A DNA stretch of 64,000 nucleotides from Octopus vulgaris (GCA_951406725.2 OX597832.1:14074001-14138000), one strand, 5' to 3'; shown: positions 28,765 to 41,709, numbered from the stretch's first letter. Made by a program: numbers and translations. Notes: generated by a model from the sequence alone, not told the origin.

Positions 28765-28920
28765 CTATCTTTCTGTCCTGAGTTCAAATTCCCCCGAGGT
28801 CGACTTTGCCTTTCATCCTTTCGTTGTCGATAAATTAAGTACCAGTTGTATACTGGAGTCAATCTAATCCACTTGCGCCCTCTCTCGAAAAATTACGTGC
28901 TCTGTGCCTAGAGTAGAAAA
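28765..28920 (+). mobile_element. SINE family C fragment
   Basis: GAGTTCAAATTCCCCCGAGGTCGACTTTGCCTTTCATCCTTTCG..GTCGATAAATTAAGTACCAGTT, nearly identical to the reverse complement of 53200-53280. Confidence 0.8.
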
Positions 28921-28966
28921 TAATTTCGTGACGTATCTCTAGATTTACAAAAAATATTTAGAAATA

Positions 28967-29235
28967 TTATAGAAAGTCCAACGATAGAATTAGGTATATT
29001 AATGTAGGCTACCCACACCCGTAATGTTTAAGAATTTACTTAAGAATATTAGTTGGAGAATTTCTAGTCTCTCTTCCAATATAAACATATTTAATAATGG
29101 TTACCCACTATATAAGAATGCCCTTAAATGTAGTGGATTTAAACATGAAATAGCTTATACACCTCCTATTAGGCCAGAAATAAAGAAAAGAAAGCATAGA
29201 CACAGGAAAATTATTCGGTTCACACACCCTTAACT
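28967..29235 (+). mobile_element. Penelope-like element fragment (RT thumb/linker)
   Basis: YRKSNDRIRYINV..HP, then FKNLLKNISWRISSLSSNINIFNNGYPLYKNALKCSGF...KRKHRHRKIIRFTHP. Matches the PLE pattern YRKP..YI...S.HP...ISRRIS.LSS...F......Y..AL..SG...RKR.IIWFNPP. Confidence 0.75.
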
Positions 29236-30260
29236 ATATTCAACTGTATTCAGAGCGTTGCACAAATGACGAAATGATTAAAAATTTAAAATAGTAACTA
29301 TGATTCATCATATAGATATCGATTGAAGAAATTTGAAATCTTAAATATAACGTTATACTTTTAAAAGTGACGCATCAGTCACAAACAGGCTCCAATAATA
29401 TGCTACAGTTGTATATATTCCACGTAGTTGTGAAATAGATATCAGAAATCAATGGCACAAAATGTTATATATAATATTATGGATGGTAGCTGAAATCCAG
29501 AATGATAATACTGATGACAGCCATAAAGAGTATGAATAATTTTCCCGTCTCACTGCAGCAAAAAATGTTTTGCGTTGATTTCACAAATTTTAAGCAAGAC
29601 ATAGGAAAAGAAAGGCATGAGATTCTGTAAAAAATCACCCTTAAAATATATGTTTCATGTCAAATACAAAAGCATGCAGGCACAATTGAGCATACACAAC
29701 CCACTTTGTAATCCATGTCAATATAAATGTATCAAATTAGCTATTAATATATCTATGTATCTATCTATGTATCTATCTATCTATCGGAATATTTCATGCA
29801 AAAAATCAAGACTTGATTGAGAATTTACTAATTTCTATCTCGTTTCTCATATCAACCCACATCGCGGTAGGTCTCACAAGAGCATCTCCGTCCAAATTGG
29901 TTCTTCACGAAAAATCAATTCACAAAGGATACCCAAAGAGCACTAAAACGCCGTAATTCAGCGTTTTATATATATATATGTATATATATGTGTGTGTATG
30001 TGTGTGTACAGTGAAATTTTACGATAACGTCGTACATTATTGACCGCTATTTCCATTACATCAATTTAAATTTTGGCACATTGTTGTACCAGTATATTAT
30101 TTATACTCGAACCTGATATATATATATGTATATATTTATGCATGTATACATGTATGTATTGATCACAGTGGTTTGCTAGCTACTTCTGTAGCTATAGAAA
30201 CACACATATACACAGACCCACATAAATATATGTGTGAATGTATGTATGTATATATACATA

Positions 30261-30653
<393 letters not shown>

Positions 30654-30681
30654 ATGCATATATATATTCATATATACATAT

Positions 30682-30754
<73 letters not shown>

Positions 30755-31298
30755 CAGGCAGACATACACCTGGAGATAAACAAACCGATAGGCAGATCTA
30801 TCGATCAATCGTTCGAAAGGTAGATACATACATAAATACAAACATACATAAAACACAAAGTTACATATGGACATACACACTTCGGTATGTAGGAATGCAT
30901 GTATCTATATAGATAATTGATTATGAAATTAAGTATGCAGAGAAAAGGTGACACACATCGGAGTAGAAAATAAATTGATAATTGGTAATATGCACATGAA
31001 GTGGTGGAGCAAATTAAATCATGAAATCAATTATACCTCTGATGTAATTATCGTTTGACGTTATGTAAAGCTATTTGAACATTTTGTCATTTTATGAATT
31101 ACACACTTGTGATATCCAAAGTTGTATTGAATGTTGTTAGAAATATTTTAAAAAAAACATTAATTTCTCCAAGAACATCTAAGTGTCTCTTTGAGTATTA
31201 ATAATAAATACATATCATATCGTTCTTTTGTATAGCTCAGCATTTATCTGTACCGTTTTATATAATGATTAAAATAATATACTTGTAGCAATAAGTAA

Positions 31299-31344
<46 letters not shown>

Positions 31345-32027
31345 GCACACACACGCACGCGGAAAGAAACGCTCGCTCACACACAAGTATGTTAGTTCAT
31401 AAACGTAGAATACCTTGAAGTGAATTATGATCATTTATATGCAAATATAGTACATGAATATTAAAATTAAATGTTATACTATTACGATCAGCAATTACGA
31501 GACAAAAGAGAACTGAAATATGAATCACAAATAAATAGAAACATCAAGAAAACATCGGTACCAAAAGCAACAATCGACGCCTCATGGTGGTGATAGAAAT
31601 ATGTTTCACTATTCAAATATATGTATTCTCTCTCACAAATAGTTCTAAAATAATGAAATGATAGTAGAAAATATAAAATCAAATAAAATTTCCAGTACAC
31701 ACTGATATGGAATTTTCAATGAAGCTACGGCGTCTAAGTATAACATAATTGATCTCAAATTATTATATGTATTGTGTATATTCAAATATTTCTTACGTTT
31801 AACATTTCAGGACGGATTTGTTCTAGAATTATTTACTCGTTAAGTATAAATTTGTAATGAAGCAAATACACATAACCACAAACACAACACATTCACATCT
31901 CTCATACATACATACATATGGATATATATATATATGTGTGTGTGTGTGTGGGTGTGTATGTATATGTATTTTATATATATATATACATATGAATATTTAT
32001 ATATCTATATATGAGTGTATGTGTATA

Positions 32028-32093
<66 letters not shown>

Positions 32094-32169
32094 TATATGT
32101 ATAGGTATATACACACATACATGCATATATACACACATACATGCATATATATATATATATATATATATT

Positions 32170-33081
32170 AACACCGCGGGGAATAGACAGTCGTCTAAAT
32201 TGCACAGAAATGAAAATAAGCACTTTTGACAAATATTTACCAAAATTACATAAAATATATTGAATTACTAAAGACTAAATTTATTCAGTAGAATCACCAT
32301 TGCCTTCAACCACGGCCTCCACATTACTTCGGAATTATCTGCAACTCTTCTGGACAATCACCTTCTTTAAGTTCATGAATTCTGCCATAATCCTTGCCTT
32401 CAGTTTATTATTGGTGTTACAAGGAGTTTTTTGTTGGTCTCTGGCTCAACTGCTCCCTACACATAATAATGAAGAATGTTGCAGTCTGTGGAGTTACGTA
32501 GGTAGATGTTAGGCTCGATGTGGTAGCCGAAATTGTCTGACAACCAGGACTACGTTCTCCTGCTTGTGTGGCATGGCGTAGACTCCTGTTGCCAGACATA
32601 CGCCTTCCCAGTAGCCACACTCGTGACCCAGGGCAGCACTTCTTCCTCCAGGCATGTGATGAGGGCACTTGATGAAGAGAGTGCAATCTGAGGACATGTA
32701 CCAAGAATGACAACAAATCAAATATCCAGTTAATATCTTGGTTTTCAGAGTGATCACTAGTAATGGCGACGTTATGTCTTAATTCATCTTCCCACACGGC
32801 CTAAGTCCTAACACCATATTAACTGGATATTTGATTTTTTATCACTCTTGGTACATGTCCTCGGATTACATTCTCCTCAGGCTAGCAACAAAAAAATAAA
32901 AAAAACACTCAGAAATATGTGTATTGGAGCTTCCAGCTCAAATGCCAAGCAGTATAGTATGTCATTCCCAACCTTCTTGTACAGTGAATTTCGTCATGGT
33001 GATCTTTTTTCTCACAGGCGGTGAAAGAGCAAGCGTGAAATTAAAAATATGAAGTTGAGTCAATTTACTAATCATGGCCTG
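32170..33081 (-). mobile_element. maT-like (D37D spacing) Tc1/mariner relic with internal inversion
   Basis: Minus strand YVWQQESTPCHTSRRT*SWLSDNFGYHIEPNIYLRNSTDCNILHYYV: 37 residues between the positions of the 2nd and 3rd catalytic Asp, both mutated here. TA-CAGG terminus at 33081. The other end is approximate. Confidence 0.75.
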
Positions 33082-33115
33082 TATGTATGTATGTATGTTT
33101 GTATGTATGTATGTA

Positions 33116-33184
<69 letters not shown>

Positions 33185-33199
33185 TTATAATTTTATAAA

Positions 33200-33404
33200 T
33201 TTACTTGTTTCAGTCATTTGACCACGGCCATGCTGCAGTACCACCTTAAGTCGAGAAAATCCACTCCAGCACTTATATTTTCCTTAGACTAGCACTTATT
33301 CAATCGGTCAATTGGCCGTATCGCTAAGTTACGTGGACTTAAACACATCAAATTAGTTGTCAAGTAATTTTGGGGGAACAGACACAGTCCCAAAAGCATA
33401 CAAG

Positions 33405-33453
<49 letters not shown>

Positions 33454-33618
33454 GTAACACATATATGCAACTGGCTTATTTCAGTTTCCGCCTACTAAAT
33501 CCACTCACAAGGTCGGCCTGAGTCTATAGTAGAAGACACTTAGCCAAGTTGCCATGGAGTGGCACTGAAACCGGAAATATGCAGTTGATAAGCAAGGTAC
33601 ATACTGCATAGCACCCCT
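33200..33618 (-). mobile_element. SINE family A copy
   Basis: Colinear with 18482-18898, with an internal (CA)n. Confidence 0.8.
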
Positions 33619-33653
33619 TGAAAAATATACACATCTATATATTTATTTATGCT

Positions 33654-33731
<78 letters not shown>

Positions 33732-35116
33732 GTGTGTGTGCGTGTGTGTGTTGGTGTGGATATATGTATGTTTGTATATATATATATATATATATACAGA
33801 CACACAGATAGACAAACATTTAGATAGATAGATAGATAGATAGATAGAGAGATATATAAATAGATAGATAAATGTACGTACGTATACAAATGTGAGAGAA
33901 GGACAATGTGATAAAGCTCTGGAATTGGCAGTTCTCCTCCGATCACCAAAGTCACAGATAACTTTCGTAGTTGTTGATTAATAACTTAGAGAGGATATAT
34001 TTAATTTAATCTGTTTAAACGTGCGGCAGAGACAACAGTGAAGTGAACCACAGCACACGTGATTGGCTAAACTTTCCCAAATTTCCCAATTTCAGGGTGG
34101 GTACGTGAAGACCGTCTGTCTGACAACACAAGCATGACAACATGAGGGCCTATTTTCGAATGAACAAGTCTAGATCCTGTTTACCGTATTTTTTTAGACC
34201 TTATTCTTTGGTTTTTATTCTATAGAATATGTATACTCCTACATGGATGATATCTGAATTTTATTACAGATTAATTGTTGAATATTTTTATCATGATGAC
34301 CATAAACATTATGCTTTATGCATAAGCATTATGAGGTTTCGTATTATATAAAATTACCCTACACTTATGACTTAGATTGCTTCATTTATCCTTCTTCTAG
34401 TGAACCCTTCAATCCTTTTCAAAACTTTGATAAGATTAGATGCACATTTTCCCCCGTATTCTTAATGCCGACACTTAGATCTCAATGTGACCTCGTTTGT
34501 TTTCCATTTTAAGTCCCATTTAGTGGATAATCATTATATGTTAAGCCACCCCAGAGCCAACTCTTTCTGGTTATCACCTCAACAATATATCATTTTCTTA
34601 CTAGCCTTTTCGGAGACAAATTCTTTTATGTAGGTATGCCTGATCTTATGGTCATAGTGAAATAAGGGTATGGAGGACGCTCTGATATTAATTTATCACC
34701 GAGAAGAACTTAACTGTCATATCCCAATGGTTTTCACTCTTAGGTGGTGTAGAATGCTTGCTGTATTGGATCTGTTGCATGTGATAAGGAAGTAAATGAA
34801 TGCAGCTATATCACCGTTCCTTTATTTTCCACCATTATTTCACTGTGCCATTCTAAATTATAATAGGCTTAAGGTAATCTTTTCGTAAATTCATTCTGCT
34901 ACACTAATAGAATAATGAAGCAATGCATTTTAATCTCTAATACTGTATGTCGGAAATATATGGAAGACATGACATGATTAAAAGATTTCCTACAAGCAAA
35001 AAGTTTAGAATATTATGAGAAGGACGATGTAAAAAGCACAGTTATAATAGTTACGATGAGAATGCACGGCTGCTATACGACGGACGGTCGTAAATTGTGG
35101 ATATATATATATATAT

Positions 35117-36353
35117 TGTTACGGAATCACCCGTCGTCGCCCGTCCCGAACGGCTCACACAAGTTCCGCCACGGAACCCAAAGAGGCGGAGAGAGGAGAT
35201 ACAGATAGATACTGCCACAACCTCAACAGCACAGAGATACAGAGGCACAACCCGAGATACAACCCAAAGAGGCAAGGCAACAACTGGCAACACTGGCTTA
35301 TATTCAAACAACAGTTTATACGACAATTACAATTGCTACACATCAAATACATTTAAGGCAAACAACAAATCAATACATCATACGGTATACCACAGATCAA
35401 AGCATTTAACAACATGCATGTAACAATATAACAGTGTTCAGTAACGACACAACAAGTCCAGATCAAATAATGTTCACGATACGTCACAGTCCAATCAGAA
35501 CACTTCGATACATTATACAATGTTCGTATCACAACAATTCACGTTACAATTCAACAAGTCCTTTACTCAATTCACAATGTCCTTTATCGACCACATCGAC
35601 AGAGTCCTTGACTGTTCTTTTCTGTCGGTCCGTATACACCGTGACACATATCAATGCACAAACACATACCTTAATTCCTAACTGAATCGCCAGTGTCCCA
35701 TTCTGCACTCATCTCTGAATACTGCCAAATCCTCTGAATACTCTGCTAATTACCCTCTGTGCATATTCCAATCGCTTGCCCCTAGGACTCCTCGCATCCC
35801 AGCTCGCTCCCAGGAATTCCAACGCTTGCTCCTTAAATCCAAGGTTCCATCCACTCGCTCTGACCTCCAGAGTCCGTCTGTCTTCCTCGAGGACCGGCCA
35901 GCGACCGCAAGATCCGTCTGTGCTCCTCGACGACCGCTCAACGACTGCCCTTCTTGACGACCAGCTACCAACTACCAGACCTCACTTCGTCTCTGTCTTT
36001 CTTCCACTCCCCTCATCTCCCTCTGTCTATATCGCTCTTACCCTTTCTAACTGCCCTGGTCCTTATACCCTATCTATATCGCCTGCTGTCTCTTAGACTT
36101 TCTATTTGCTATCTGATTCCTTACTCTATCTATATTTGCCCTCTGCTCTTACTCTATCGCTATTTGCTCTCAGCCCTTAATCTGTCTCTTTTCTTTCACT
36201 TCTCACTGACCCTCTTATCAACCCACGCGGTCACAGGTCATTCCAAAACCCATCAGTCCTCCATTAGACAAAGAACCCGTCACATTTCACCAGACATCAT
36301 GGTGCCATTATTCCTATGTGGGTCACCAGAAATGCACCTAGCCAACCGTAACA
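35117..36353. mobile_element. Probable solo LTR (~1.24 kb) inserted in (TA)n
   Basis: TG...CA ends with 8-bp inverted termini TGTTACGG/CCGTAACA, GC-richer than flanks, TA repeats on both sides, no recognisable coding domain. Confidence 0.6.
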
Positions 36354-36354
36354 C

Positions 36355-36385
<31 letters not shown>

Positions 36386-36421
36386 TACGACTATATATAT
36401 ATTCATATTCTGTACCTCATT

Positions 36422-36475
36422 TATCACTGATGAGGGGAAGGTTCTTATGAACTAACTCTGAAATCGAGTCCGATA
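36422..36475 (+). ncRNA. Type I hammerhead ribozyme motif, family 2
   Basis: TATCA-CTGATGA-GGGG-aagGTTCttatGAACtaa-CTCT-GAAA-tcga-GTC-CGATA. Lies in a ~230-bp element (36400-36625) homologous to 39730-39965. Confidence 0.72.
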
Positions 36476-36911
36476 TGATAATAACGGGATTTTTTTAGAA
36501 ATTTCTGTCGGCTTTCTTTGAAACACGTGCTTGTAGTAACGAATTATAATGGTTATTGATTTTGTGACTATTTTCGGCATATTTTGGCATTGGAGATTTT
36601 TTTCTTTTGCTCTTACTTATAAATTATATATATATATGAATAGGTTTGTATGTTTGTATATGTGTGTGTCATAATTCTTCGTATGTATATGCATTCATGC
36701 ACCTTTATATATGCATTGAATCATTATACACACACACATACACACATACACACACATACACACATACACACACACACATATCTATATATATATATGAATA
36801 CATATATATCTATATGTACATAGAAGTACGTACACCAATGTGCACACACATATAAGAACACACTCATATATGTATAAGATGTAACCTCAGGTGATCTTTG
36901 GTTATTTTTTG

Positions 36912-36956
<45 letters not shown>

Positions 36957-37074
36957 CGGAGTCAGAGAAAGGCAGAATGCCACATATATCTGAACACTAC
37001 TATGGAAGTATTCCTTTAAAAAACCTTTCTTCTAATTTTTCTAAATTTTTCAAAATTTAATTATTTAATCGTTA

Positions 37075-37112
37075 CAGTTGAAAAGGTCTCAAAATGACCG
37101 AAACCGGTACTG
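37075..37112 (+). ncRNA. Minimal type I hammerhead-like motif, family 3 (core mutated to TTGAAAA)
   Basis: CAG-TTGAAAA-GGTC-tcaaaat-GACC-GAAAC-CG-GTA-CTG; perfect stem II, palindromic stem III ACCGGT, stem I CAG/CTG. Confidence 0.6.
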
Positions 37113-37200
37113 AAAGATTCACTATAAAATCATCTTAGCATTTTCTATTTTTGACTTGTTTTTTTCATATATATCAACTCGTGTGTTCCTTTCCACCCTT

Positions 37201-37279
<79 letters not shown>

Positions 37280-37669
37280 ACCATATGCATTGCATTAAAT
37301 GGTTATTTCTTGCATTAACACAGTGACGTATATTCATTAGGATCACTCTCAATATGTTTCGGATATTTTACTCTATACTTGGATAAATTTCAAGTGAATT
37401 TTATACTTTGCTCTCTATATCTGTACGATGGAAATAAATTCATTGAAATAAATATAATGCAGATAATCATTCAACACGGTTCCTTCGTACATGCGTACAA
37501 CATATGCTTGCATGTGATGTGCGTGTGTTTGTGTGTGTGTGTGAGTGTGTGTGTGTGTGTGTGTCTGTGTGTATGTTTGTATGTGGTTTGCGTATATAAC
37601 ACGTATGCAATATTTTGGCGTGTATATATATATGTATACATATAGAAATTTATATATGTGAATATGAAT

Positions 37670-37747
<78 letters not shown>

Positions 37748-37758
37748 ACACATATATG

Positions 37759-37836
<78 letters not shown>

Positions 37837-38320
37837 CTGTGAGAGAGAAAGAAAGAGTCGTAAACACACATGCGCGCACATACATGCGTAGTTATCTGTA
37901 TGTGCATGCGTATATTTGAAATACGATTTAATGAATGAGAAAATACAATTTAATACAAACGCAAAAGATAATAATTATTTATCAGATCAATAGACATCTA
38001 TAAAACTCAAATTTCGTTAGACAAGATCACTGTAGCAATTTTTAACATTGTATATTGCTGACAGAAATAATATATATTTGCTCCATTAAACATCTTTATC
38101 TATGTTATAGGAATTAAATTTGAATAAACAATAAAGTGGAGGAGACTGAATGTTTTCTGTCAGGAATGGATATTTTAATTACCTGATCAATCTTTACAAT
38201 TATATTTTGCTTCGTATTTTTGATGATTTCTGACATGATAATGCATTATACAAAGACACCTACATTCATACAAACATACATACATTCACATACAATACAT
38301 TTATATATACATACACACAT

Positions 38321-38381
<61 letters not shown>

Positions 38382-38388
<7 letters not shown>

Positions 38389-38672
38389 ATCACGTGACCG
38401 ACCAGACCATCAGATGTTGTTACACATCGCTGGTCACAATACGTTCGCATTCTTTTAGCCTTCGAATGACGCCACGCCGCTGGCCAAGCGAGCAGGCCAA
38501 CAGAAGAAAGAGTGGTGAAAGTGGACAGCAGGGATCAGCACCCCCTGTCGGAGCGTCGTGGAGCTTTTAAGTGTTTTCGCTCAATAAACACTCACAACGC
38601 CCGGTCTGAGAATCGAAACCGCGATCCTAAGACAGCGAGTAGCTGCCCTAACCACTGGGCCATTGCGCCTCC
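38382..38672 (-). mobile_element. tRNA-derived SINE family B, full length
   Basis: Minus strand GGAGGCGCAATGGCCCAGTGGTTAGGGCAG (A box), GGTTTCGATTC (B box), ends CACGTGATCACGTGAT. Flanked by microsatellites. Confidence 0.85.
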
Positions 38673-38704
38673 ACACACGCACACACACACACACACACAC
38701 ACAT

Positions 38705-38738
<34 letters not shown>

Positions 38739-38794
38739 TTGAAATGAAAGAAGAAAAATGCACACACTTTACGTAGTTTTAATATACTTCTTAT

Positions 38795-39650
38795 TATATC
38801 AACCGGTTTCGCTTTCACTATTCATGACATTAAGATTTAATTATTTAATTATTTAATTACGCATTTTCTTAAGAAGAAATATTTTGGGTTCCTGTTGTGT
38901 GTGGTATTTTTGAGTGAATGATAGAAACACTAGTAAAACAACGGGGAGGTAATTGATATTTGGTTTGATGTTACCTGCACATTCCTCACTTAGAGGAATT
39001 TGTCTGTATTGCGTGAGCCAGTTCTGCACTTTATATAGTGTGTTTCTCCGTTGCAATGTCATACTCGTCTGTCTAATAAACTGTTATCCATAAATCGAGC
39101 ATGTTATTACATAAATTAGGTTCTCAGAGGCACAAGTGAAACTGATTTTAATTTGAACATCTCTCCACTATTCGGGCGTCCGCATTTTTTAAGCGTTGAT
39201 TTCGTGGTTCTTTTGAAAAGCTTTGCATTTGTTACATGTCTCTTTAGCGATTTGTATTGCTCTTTGCATTTGGTTAGTTTATGCGTTTTCAGGATGTTGT
39301 TAAATTTTGTATCTCTAGTTACTAAAGGGAGATTTTGCACCATAGTCATATATGCCTCACTGTGTCTAGGATTGTGGGTCGATATAAACAGTAGTGTTTT
39401 GAGATATGATGTGGTGGTGTGCTTCATTGTCCTTAGTGCTTTATGGCTAATTTCTTGGCACGCTTAATTCCTTCGTCTAGAAGCCAGCGTTGTTTTGATG
39501 TTTTGAAGACGAAGGTCCCGAGTTGTTCTGTCAGACACTTTTTTGCAAATCCTTTTTGCTAAATTAAGCAAATTAAATGGGACATATAGTTCGACGTCTC
39601 GGTTGGCATGAGCTATAGAGAAGATATTGTTTCGAGTTCGAAGGTTTATA
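38795..39650 (-). mobile_element. Penelope-like retroelement 3' fragment (RT thumb and GIY-YIG endonuclease), decayed
   Basis: Minus strand YKPSNSKQYLLYSSCQP, VPFN..LAKRICKKVSDRTTRDLRLQ, HNP, KCGRP, then FTCASENLIYVITCSIYG*QFIRQTSMTLQRR (GIY-YIG pattern IY.I.C..C...YIG.T...L..R). Confidence 0.85.
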
Positions 39651-39693
<43 letters not shown>

Positions 39694-39777
39694 ACTAATG
39701 TATATATATATATATATTTATAACTAATGTAGGATAACATGGGTATGAGTAAGTATTTCACTTATATCTCACGTATT

Positions 39778-39830
39778 TATCGCTGAAGAGGAGAACATTC
39801 TTTGGAATTAACCCCGAAATTGGACCAATA
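39778..39830 (+). ncRNA. Hammerhead motif family 2, second copy (cleavage triplet mutated to GAC)
   Basis: TATCG-CTGAAGA-GGAG-aacATTCtttgGAATtaa-CCCC-GAAA-ttg-GAC-CAATA. Confidence 0.6.
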
Positions 39831-39966
39831 CGGTAATAACGGATTTTTTTAGAAATCTCTATCGGTTTGTTTCGGGATGCATAAGTTATAATGGTTATTG
39901 ACAATTTTTGTATTTTTTTCGGTATATTTGGCATTGGAATCTTTCTTTTGCCCTTATCTTGTAAAT

Positions 39967-40044
<78 letters not shown>

Positions 40045-40131
40045 AGATCTATATTTAAGAGATGAGGAATTATGTATCTTATTTACATTATTTACATTTG
40101 GCGGATATTTGTCCTCATCTTCTCTGTTGTT

Positions 40132-40176
40132 AACACGACGTTTCGGCTGATATACATTACTCTTTCATCAGGTGTC
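40132..40176 (-). ncRNA. Minimal type I hammerhead ribozyme motif, family 1, canonical GUC site
   Basis: Minus strand GACAC-CTGATGA-aagagtaatgtatatcagcc-GAAAC-GTC-GTGTT. The 5' strand of stem II is degenerate. Lies in element ~40045-40235. Confidence 0.72.
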
Positions 40177-40256
40177 TTGCGGAAATTTCGAGCGCTGACT
40201 TCTCATTCCTAAGGTATTTTTCCATGTTATCATTATGTTTATAATTATTATTATTG

Positions 40257-40314
<58 letters not shown>

Positions 40315-40339
40315 CACTACTACTACTACTATTAATATT

Positions 40340-41018
40340 ATTATTATTATTATTGTCATTTTCTTTTAATCTGCATGTTTGATGCAATCACCTGTCGGGG
40401 CACACCCAGCGGCCTAGGGCAAGTGAAGGTTAAGAGTTGTTGAAATATAGCTGAAAGCTTGGGGAGGGGAAGTAGAGATATATCTCCATGTAATGCAAAC
40501 ACAGACACTTACATTGATAGGGTTTTTTCTAAGGATGTGGGCAGTACTTGTTAGCACAATCTTTTGGATTTCCTTGCGACATGGTTTTCCAGGGATATTG
40601 TCTAGGTGTTTCTGACATCCCTTTTTTATCATACCTAGGGCACCTACAATAACAGGAACAGTTTTTGTTTTAAGATTCCACATCCTCTGTATTTCGATTT
40701 CCAGGTCCTTATATTTACTAAGTTTGTCAAATTCCTTGACAGATACATTTTTATCAGTGGGGACGCTTACTTCTATTAGTCTGCAGGTATTTTCTTCCCT
40801 GTCTTTAACAATTATGTCTGGTCGATTAGCCTTGATCGTTCTGTTGTTGACTGGAAAATCCCAGAGGATGGTGACATCTTTACCTCAACAACTGGCTGAG
40901 GATGGTGTTCATACCAGTTATGTCGGATTTGTAGTGTTTGATATCTTCCAATGTATATACTGTCCTACCCTATCGTGGCGATTTTTGTATTCGTTTGGTG
41001 TCAGCACAGGACATCCCG

Positions 41019-41050
<32 letters not shown>
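40340..41050 (-). mobile_element. 5'-truncated R4/Dong-clade element (different subfamily) in (AAT)n
   Basis: Minus strand RHDRVGQYIHWKI, ILWDF, KANRPDIIVKDREENTCRLIEVSVP..KEFDKLSKYKDLEIEIQRMWNLKTKTVPVIVGALG...TAHILRK. (AAT)n on both sides. Confidence 0.88.
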
Positions 41051-41052
<2 letters not shown>

Positions 41053-41619
41053 TGTCATTTTCTTTTTGTGCCCTATAATTTAACACACTCACCGGTAAAA
41101 TTTCCACTTATTCCTTATTTTTATTTTCCTAAAATTTTCGTTGTGTCTTGCAACATTTTCAATTGTATTGCCTTTGTCCGTTATTTACACTGCTTTCCTT
41201 TCTGTTAGTTTGTGCGCATGTGTGTGAGTCAGAGTGTGTGTGTGTGTAACTATGCATGCATGCTTGGATGTATGCATATATGTGTGCATATATGTATGTA
41301 TATTTTTGTGTTTATACATATGCATATATGTATCTATGTGTGTGTGAGCTTGTGTTTGTATATGTATGTAGCTCTATCTCCTTGTGTATGCATCTCTTTG
41401 TGTTTTGCGACTATGTACAATGTTTGTATGTATGGATGTGCATCTCCATATATGGGGACATGTGTCCCATATGTGCAAGGCAAATAAGGTAGGGATTATT
41501 GTGGATCGAGTTTGTTTTCATGTTGAGTAGCACCTCCAAATGTTTCCCAGTCCAATTTTCATTGCGGGTTTGTTTCATTTTAAAGTGACCTTCATTCCCT
41601 TCTAAAACAATACGCTCTC

Positions 41620-41709
<90 letters not shown>

